A stretch of 64,000 nucleotides of DNA from Candidatus Tectimicrobiota bacterium (GTDB taxonomy: Bacteria; JACPUC01): NCBI GenBank assembly GCA_016192455.1, contig JACPUC010000001.1, positions 1 through 64,000 on the forward strand, in the 5' to 3' direction. This document shows positions 58,399 through 64,000 of the stretch, piece by piece. Position 1 is the first letter of the stretch. Each line of letters starts with the position of its first letter. Both the position numbers and the translations under genes were made by a program. The notes under the pieces are model-generated. The model had not been told where the DNA came from and ran no database searches. It saw only the letters and a program-made list of their open reading frames with translations.

Positions 58399-60828
58399 TC
58401 ACGCCGTGGCGGCGGCGGTCGCCTTCAGCAGCTTCCAGACGCGCGACGGGTGCAGGGGGATGTGGGTGATCGACACCCCCAGGGGCGCCAAGGCGTCCTC
58501 GACTGCGTTGGCGACCGCCGGCGGCACGCTGATGGCGCTCCCTTCGCCGCATCCCTTCGTCCCCAGCACGGTGAACGGCGAGGGCGACTCCATGTGCGCC
58601 ATGGTGATCGGCGGCAGGTCCATGACCCCCGGGCAGAGGTAGTCGCTGAACGTGGCCGCGGTCATCTGGCCGTCGGCGTCGTAGCTCATCTCCTCGTAGA
58701 GGGCGCCGCCGATGCCGTGCACGATGGCGCCGAGCAACTGCCCCTCGATGATCAGGGGGTTGAGGATGACGCCGGCGTCGTGCACGGAGTAGAAGTCGCG
58801 CAGCTCCACCTCGCCGGTGGTGATGTCCACCTCGACCACCGCCAGCTCGGCGATGAAGCCGTAGGTGCTGCAGGAGTTGACGCGGTCGCCCGCGTCGGGG
58901 GCCTCGGCGACCGAGATGTTGAAGAGGTGGGTGCACTGCAAGCCCATCTCCATGCCGGCGGGGAGGAGCTGCGGGCTCCAGTGGGCGGTGCCGGCGACGT
59001 GGGCGAAGTCGAGGACGCGCTGGGCGTCGCCGCGCACCTGGAAGCGGCCGTTGCGCAGCTCGATGTCGTCGGTGCGCGCTTCGAGGAGGTGGGCGGCGAT
59101 GTCGATCATCTTCTTGCGGATGGTGCGCGCCGCCATGGCGAAGGCGCTGGCGCCGGTGGAGGCGAAGCGGCTGGCGTAGGTGCCGGTGGTGACGCTCCAG
59201 GGGTGCAGGAAGGTGTCGAGGGCCGTGGTAACGGTGATTTCCTGCGGCGGAATGGTCAGCTCGTGGCCGATGATCTGCGCCACGATGGTCTCATGCCCCT
59301 GCCCTTGGGCGGCGGTGTTGACCACGGCGGTGACCTTGCCGAGGGGATCGACCTTGACGATGCCGGTGGCGCTGGTGCCGGTTTTGGCCAGGTAGGTCGA
59401 CTGAGCGCGCTCTTCAGGGGTGCGCACCAGGCTCCCCCAGGCGAGGTTGGTGGTCGTCGGGTCCGTCACCGTCGCCAGGCCGATGCCCAGGTAGCGCCCC
59501 TGGGCGCGGGCCTGGCGCTGTTCGGCGCGCAGCTTCTCATAGCGGCACATGTCGAGCAGACGCTCCAAGCCCGCGGGGTAATCGCCGCTGTCGTAGAGGC
59601 CGCCGGTGGGGGTGCGGTAGGGGAACTGGTCGGGCTGCAGGAAGTTGCGGCGGCGCAGCTCCGTCGGGTCCATGTCGAGACGGCGGGCGATGCGGTCCAT
59701 CAGCCGCTCGAGGGTGAAGTACCACTGCTGCCCGCCCCAGCCGCGGTTGGGTCCGGTGGGCAGGCGGTTGGTCATCACGGCGGAGCAGGTCAGATCAATG
59801 TGCTGGATGCGGTACGAACCCACCCAGCACCCCGCGGTGCGGAAGAGGCAGCCCGGCTCCGGGGCGCGGATGTAGGCGCCGACGTTATCGAAGAAGTTGA
59901 TGCGCAGGCCGAGGATGGCGCCGTCGTTCTTGACGGCCGCCTCGACGTCGGTGACGCGGTCGGTGTGGCTGGAACTGCCGATCAGGTGCTCGCGGCGATC
60001 CTCGACCCACTTCACCGGGCAGCCCATCTTGCGCGCCGCCAGCGCCATGAGGGTCATGTAGGGGTACATGCTCACCTTGATGCCGAAGCCGCCGCCGACG
60101 TTCCCCGGCACGATGACGCGCAGCTTGTTCTCCGGCAGCCGCAGGGCCCGCGCCATCACCGAGTGCAGGAGAAACGGCCCCTGAAAGTTTGCTTTTATGG
60201 TGACGACGCCGTCGCCGGGCTCATAGTCGGCGATGACCGCGTAGGTCTCCAGGGGGATGGAGCTGTAACGCGGGAAGTGCAGGCGCGCGCTGACGGTGAG
60301 GTCGGCCTCGCGGAAGGCGGCCTCGGGATCGCCGAAGCGCATGGTGCGCTGCACGGCGATGTTGCGCGCGGCGTGCTCGTGGAGCTGCGGCGCGCCGGCG
60401 GTCATTGCCTCCTCCGGATCGACGGCGGCCGGCAGGGGCTCGTACTCGACGACCACGAGGTCGGCGGCGTCCTCCGCCACGTAACGGTCCCGCGCCACCA
60501 CCACGGCAACGGGCTCGCCCACGTAGCGCACCCGGTCGATGGCGCAGCAGAAGTAATCGACGCGCGTGGTGGTGCCGATGGGGAAGGGGCGGGACATGGC
60601 CTTGACGTCGGCCCCGGTGAGGACCCCCACCACCCCGGGGAGCCGCTCCGCGGCGCGCGTGTCGATACGGAGGATGGTTGCATGAGGGTGAGGGCTGCGC
60701 ACCAGGGCGGCGTGGTGGAGACCGGCCACCAGCAGGTCATCCATGAACTGCCCGCGGCCGCGCAGCAGCCGGCCGTCCTCGAACCTGGCCACCCGCTTGC
60801 CGATCCACCCCTCCTCCGCCTGAGTCAT
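58399..60828 (-). CDS. Xanthine dehydrogenase family Mo-binding large subunit (CoxL-like)
   Basis: RFEDGRLLRGRG, RSPHPHA, VGGGFGIK, PNRGWG, QGQGHET, HDAG..LNP..IEGQ, GTKGCGEG. Confidence 0.93.
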   Translation of the reverse strand: MTQAEEGWIGKRVARFEDGRLLRGRGQFMDDLLVAGLHHAALVRSPHPHATILRIDTRAAERLPGVVGVLTGADVKAMSRPFPIGTTTRVDYFCCAIDRVRYVGEPVAVVVARDRYVAEDAADLVVVEYEPLPAAVDPEEAMTAGAPQLHEHAARNIAVQRTMRFGDPEAAFREADLTVSARLHFPRYSSIPLETYAVIADYEPGDGVVTIKANFQGPFLLHSVMARALRLPENKLRVIVPGNVGGGFGIKVSMYPYMTLMALAARKMGCPVKWVEDRREHLIGSSSHTDRVTDVEAAVKNDGAILGLRINFFDNVGAYIRAPEPGCLFRTAGCWVGSYRIQHIDLTCSAVMTNRLPTGPNRGWGGQQWYFTLERLMDRIARRLDMDPTELRRRNFLQPDQFPYRTPTGGLYDSGDYPAGLERLLDMCRYEKLRAEQRQARAQGRYLGIGLATVTDPTTTNLAWGSLVRTPEERAQSTYLAKTGTSATGIVKVDPLGKVTAVVNTAAQGQGHETIVAQIIGHELTIPPQEITVTTALDTFLHPWSVTTGTYASRFASTGASAFAMAARTIRKKMIDIAAHLLEARTDDIELRNGRFQVRGDAQRVLDFAHVAGTAHWSPQLLPAGMEMGLQCTHLFNISVAEAPDAGDRVNSCSTYGFIAELAVVEVDITTGEVELRDFYSVHDAGVILNPLIIEGQLLGAIVHGIGGALYEEMSYDADGQMTAATFSDYLCPGVMDLPPITMAHMESPSPFTVLGTKGCGEGSAISVPPAVANAVEDALAPLGVSITHIPLHPSRVWKLLKATAAATA

Positions 60829-61015
60829 GGTCTTCCCTCCTCGAGCTGGGGGCTTGCGATCCCCGCGGCTTGTCGTCGTGCTGCCTGGCTGTCCAGGGTG
60901 CCGCCTACGTGTCGGCAGCCGCGGCCTGCCGGGGCGCCAGGGTCCGTCCTGCATGCTGATGAGCGCCGGCCGAGGCCGGCCGGCTTGGCGGCGTTGCCCG
61001 GAGGCGCGGGCGGCC

Positions 61016-62581
61016 TCAGGCGGCGCTGATCTCGCGCAGCTTGTAGCGCTGGATTTTGCCCGTTGCCGTCTTCGGCAGGTCCTTCACGAACTCGTACGAG
61101 CGTGGGTACTTGTAAGGAGCGAGGCGTTCGCGCAGGTGCTCGGTATACTGCTTGCCGGCGTCCGGCTGCGGCTGGAAGCCCTCCTTCAGGACCACGTAGG
61201 CTTTCGGCTTGATCAGCTTGTTGTCGTCTTCCTGCCCGATGACGGCGCATTCCAGCACCGAGGGGTGCTCGAGCAGGGCGTTCTCGATCTCGATGGGCGA
61301 CACCCAGATGCCGCCGACCTTCAACATATCGTCGGAGCGGCCGCAGAAGACGAAGTAGCCCTCTTCGTCGAGGTAGTACTTATCTCCCGTGATGATCCAT
61401 TCGCCGATCATCGTCGTCTTCGTCTTCTCGTGACGGTTCCAGTAGTAGGGCGCGGTGCTGTCGCCGCAAATCCAGAGGTTTCCGACCTCGCCGCGGGGCG
61501 CCTCGTTCCCCTGATCGTCGGCGATGCGGGCCCGATAGCCGGGGACGAGCTTGCCGCTGGCGCCGAGCTTGACGCTCCCCGGCTGGTTCGAGATGAAGAG
61601 GTGCAGCGCCTCGGTGGAGCCGATGCCGTCGACGATCTCCAGGCCGAAGCGCTCCTTCCAGCGCCGGTAGAGTTCCGGCGGCAGCGCCTCGCCGGCCGAG
61701 AAGCAGGTGCGCAGGGAGCCCAGGTCGTACTGCGCGGCATCCTTCACCTGCAGCATCATGGCGTACATCGTGGGCACGCTGAAGAAGACCGTCGGCTTGT
61801 AGCGGTCGATGACCTTGAACATGTCCTGCGGCAGGGGTCGGGCCGGCCAGAACACCGACGCGCCACCGATGCTGAAGGGATGGAAGAGGGCGTTTCCAAG
61901 TCCGTAGGCAAAGAAGAGCTTGGGGACGGAGAAGACGATGTCGTCCGCCCGGATGTCGTAGAGGAGTCGGCCGGCGGTGACGCAGCAGTGGTGCATGTCG
62001 TGCTGCAGGTGCACGACGCCCTTGGGAAACCCCGTGCTGCCGGAACTGTAGAGCCAGAACGCCATGTCGTCGCGGTGCGTCGGCGCCGGCTGAAGCTCGT
62101 CCGACTCGTTCTCGATCAGAGCCTGGAAGGAGAGGTGGCCGTCCGGCGCATCGCCGATGACGATGACATGCTTCAGGAAGGGAGAGCGGGCGAGCACCGG
62201 CTTCACTTCGGGGTAGACCTCGCGGCTGACGATGAGCGCCTGGGCGCGGCTGTCCGTGAGGAAGTACTCGTAGTCCTGCGAGCGCATGATGGTGTTGGCG
62301 GGGATGGGGATCGCCCCAATCTTGATGGCTCCCAGGAAGCTGGCAACGAACTCCGGGCAATCCAGCACCAGCATCAGGACGCGCTGCTCCATCACCAGCC
62401 CAAGCCTGCGCAGAGCGTTGCCGGTGCGGTTTGCGAGCCGCTGCAGGTCGCGATAGGTATAGGTTGCGTCCTGGTAGTAGACGGCGACCCTGTCACCACG
62501 TCCCTGGGCAACATGCTCATCCAGCAGTGGGACCGCCGCATTGAACTGCTCGGGGAGTTCCAACGATGTGTTCGTATCCAT
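61016..62581 (-). CDS. Benzoate-CoA ligase family protein
   Basis: FWLYSSGSTGFPKG, KLFFAYGLGN, SAGEALP, DGIGSTE.LH.FISN, KTATGKIQR. Confidence 0.93.
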   Translation of the reverse strand: MDTNTSLELPEQFNAAVPLLDEHVAQGRGDRVAVYYQDATYTYRDLQRLANRTGNALRRLGLVMEQRVLMLVLDCPEFVASFLGAIKIGAIPIPANTIMRSQDYEYFLTDSRAQALIVSREVYPEVKPVLARSPFLKHVIVIGDAPDGHLSFQALIENESDELQPAPTHRDDMAFWLYSSGSTGFPKGVVHLQHDMHHCCVTAGRLLYDIRADDIVFSVPKLFFAYGLGNALFHPFSIGGASVFWPARPLPQDMFKVIDRYKPTVFFSVPTMYAMMLQVKDAAQYDLGSLRTCFSAGEALPPELYRRWKERFGLEIVDGIGSTEALHLFISNQPGSVKLGASGKLVPGYRARIADDQGNEAPRGEVGNLWICGDSTAPYYWNRHEKTKTTMIGEWIITGDKYYLDEEGYFVFCGRSDDMLKVGGIWVSPIEIENALLEHPSVLECAVIGQEDDNKLIKPKAYVVLKEGFQPQPDAGKQYTEHLRERLAPYKYPRSYEFVKDLPKTATGKIQRYKLREISAA

Positions 62582-62999
62582 GGCTCACCTCGTCCTCATC
62601 GCGCGGCTGTCGCCTGGTCCAGCGGCAGCGCGCCGCGCCCGGCCCGCCTGGGCGTCGCAAGCAAACAGGCCGGCACAGGCAGGCACTGGCGCGAGCCGCC
62701 GAGCCTCCGCTCCCTCCGCAGCCGGCCAGGCGGCAGGGCTGAAGCGGGAGCAGGAGATCGAGCCGGCTCGGCAGGCGCGCGGTCCTCAGTCCTCCGCCGG
62801 GCATGCCGCCACCGCGCGCCGCTTGCGGGGATGCGCGCCCCGCGGCCACCCTGCCCGCCGGTTCCACCTTGTTGCGGCATGGCGCTGCTTTCACCTTCCT
62901 CGCCACGGCGCCGAGGCCCCGAGACACAGGCGACCGGCACTCCGCGCCGGGCTTGCCCGCGCGCTGGGCTCCCTCCAGCGGCCGCCCCTGCCGCCCGCC

Positions 63000-63395
63000 T
63001 CAGTCGATTGCGGCCACCGCCTCGATCTCGACGAGGAAATCGGGGTGGGCGAGCTGGCTGATCTCGACCAGGGTGCTCGTGGGGTAGTCGCGGGGAAAGT
63101 ACGCCTTGCGAAGGTCGCCGGTGTGTTGGCGAAAGGCGGGGAGGTCGGTGGTGAAGATGGTGAGCTTCGCAATGTCCCGCAGCGAGCCGCCGGCTCCCTC
63201 GACCGCGGTCTTGAGGTTCTCCATCACCTGGCGGGTCTGCGCGGCGATGTCTCCCTTGCCCACGAGCTTGCCCTGCGCATCGACGGCGGTTTGGCCGGCG
63301 ATAAAGACGAGCTTGCCGCTCGACACCTCGATGACCTGGGAGTAGTTGGCGATCGGCTTCGCCAAAGCATCAGGTTGACGGAACGTCAGCGCCAT
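63000..63395 (-). CDS. RidA/YjgF family protein (lacks the catalytic Arg)
   Basis: YSQ, VFIAGQ, PTSTLV..L..PDFLVEIEAVA; GAAGGAG RBS. Confidence 0.9.
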   Translation of the reverse strand: MALTFRQPDALAKPIANYSQVIEVSSGKLVFIAGQTAVDAQGKLVGKGDIAAQTRQVMENLKTAVEGAGGSLRDIAKLTIFTTDLPAFRQHTGDLRKAYFPRDYPTSTLVEISQLAHPDFLVEIEAVAAID

Positions 63396-63906
63396 GGGGG
63401 CTCCTTCGCGAGTTGAGAATTGACTCCACCTCTCCTCAGAGGCTGGCGCCGCGAAGGAGGAGAGGCGTTTCTCGCACGCTCTCCTCCGGCGACGGAAGGA
63501 CGGCCCAGCCGGAGGCGGGACCGAGGAACGAACGAGGTGAAACACAGGCCAATCCCGAAGCTCTCCTGCTCGGTTGCTCCAATGATGGCCTGCGGTGGTG
63601 TGTAGCGAAGGGCGGCGCTGTCGCTCCATCAGCGGAACTTCGTCGCCTCTCGAGGGGGGCGCTCCGGCGCGAGCCCCCCGGAGGCGAACGTCGTTTGGCG
63701 TTGCGATGGATGCTTGCCGTTCAACGTGGCGGACTCATTGCGCTGCCGTTCCATCCCTCTCTCAGGTTCGGTATCGAGGCTGGGGTTGCTTCGCCTCTCC
63801 TCCAACGCCGCACCGCGCGGCGCGGCTCCCGGCGCTGGTCTCACGGCGCGCTGCCGCCCTCAGCCGAGCGCAATCCTCTTCTGAGTCCATCCTGATGGTT
63901 GCGCGT

Positions 63907-63935
63907 ACCATAGTTCAATGCGCTGGTTGTGTCAA
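63907..63935 (-). promoter_or_regulatory. sigma70-type promoter driving a ~500-nt leader toward the Rid gene
   Basis: TTGACA (63935-63930), 17 nt, TATGGT (63912-63907) on the minus strand. Confidence 0.6.
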
Positions 63936-64000
63936 CCGAGCGGGCAGGATCACGGAGGAAGCGCAGTGATTGCGCCGCCGCGCCTGCGAGAGGCCGGCTG

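Noticed and set aside
58009..61029. Long antisense ORFs (e.g. 58009..61029+, 16341..18584+, 40727..42682+, 60827..63061+, 6625..8037+)
   Set aside because: Shadow frames opposite well-supported genes, as expected in high-GC DNA.

Overview
High-GC bacterial chromosomal window (backbone roughly 65-70% GC by eye) with three tRNA genes: Leu-CAG 237-323, Val-CAC 29458-29532 and Leu-CAA 58032-58118. Core and metabolic genes include selA-selB-LysR, scpA-scpB-rluB, dppA/B/C, a fused-E1 plus E2 2-oxoacid dehydrogenase, thiolase, CoA ligases, UbiD, a Mo-hydroxylase large subunit, MoxR/VWA, ACR3 and a MarR-controlled reductive-dehalogenase-like gene. Most striking: (1) An integrase-less tandem islet array at tRNA-Leu(CAG), delimited by 2-3 copies of the tRNA 3' end plus a conserved ~180-bp end element. 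Its first, low-GC cargo is a single 633-aa gene whose SAMHD1/dNTPase-like HD domain has lost all four metal ligands and is fused to a C-terminal PD-(D/E)xK-like nuclease, a candidate new nucleotide-sensing defence protein. (2) A peroxiredoxin-like selenoprotein split by an in-frame TGA (W-U-P-Y-C) with a SECIS-like hairpin, missed by the ORF track. (3) A translationally coupled pentapeptide-repeat class III cyclase - MNT - HEPN - MNT' locus. (4) A secreted Ntox44-like protein, a triple-HTH XRE/sigma-region-4 fusion, a phage terminase-small-subunit remnant at tRNA-Val, and a long structured promoter-bearing leader. All family calls come from manual motif reading; no database searches were run.
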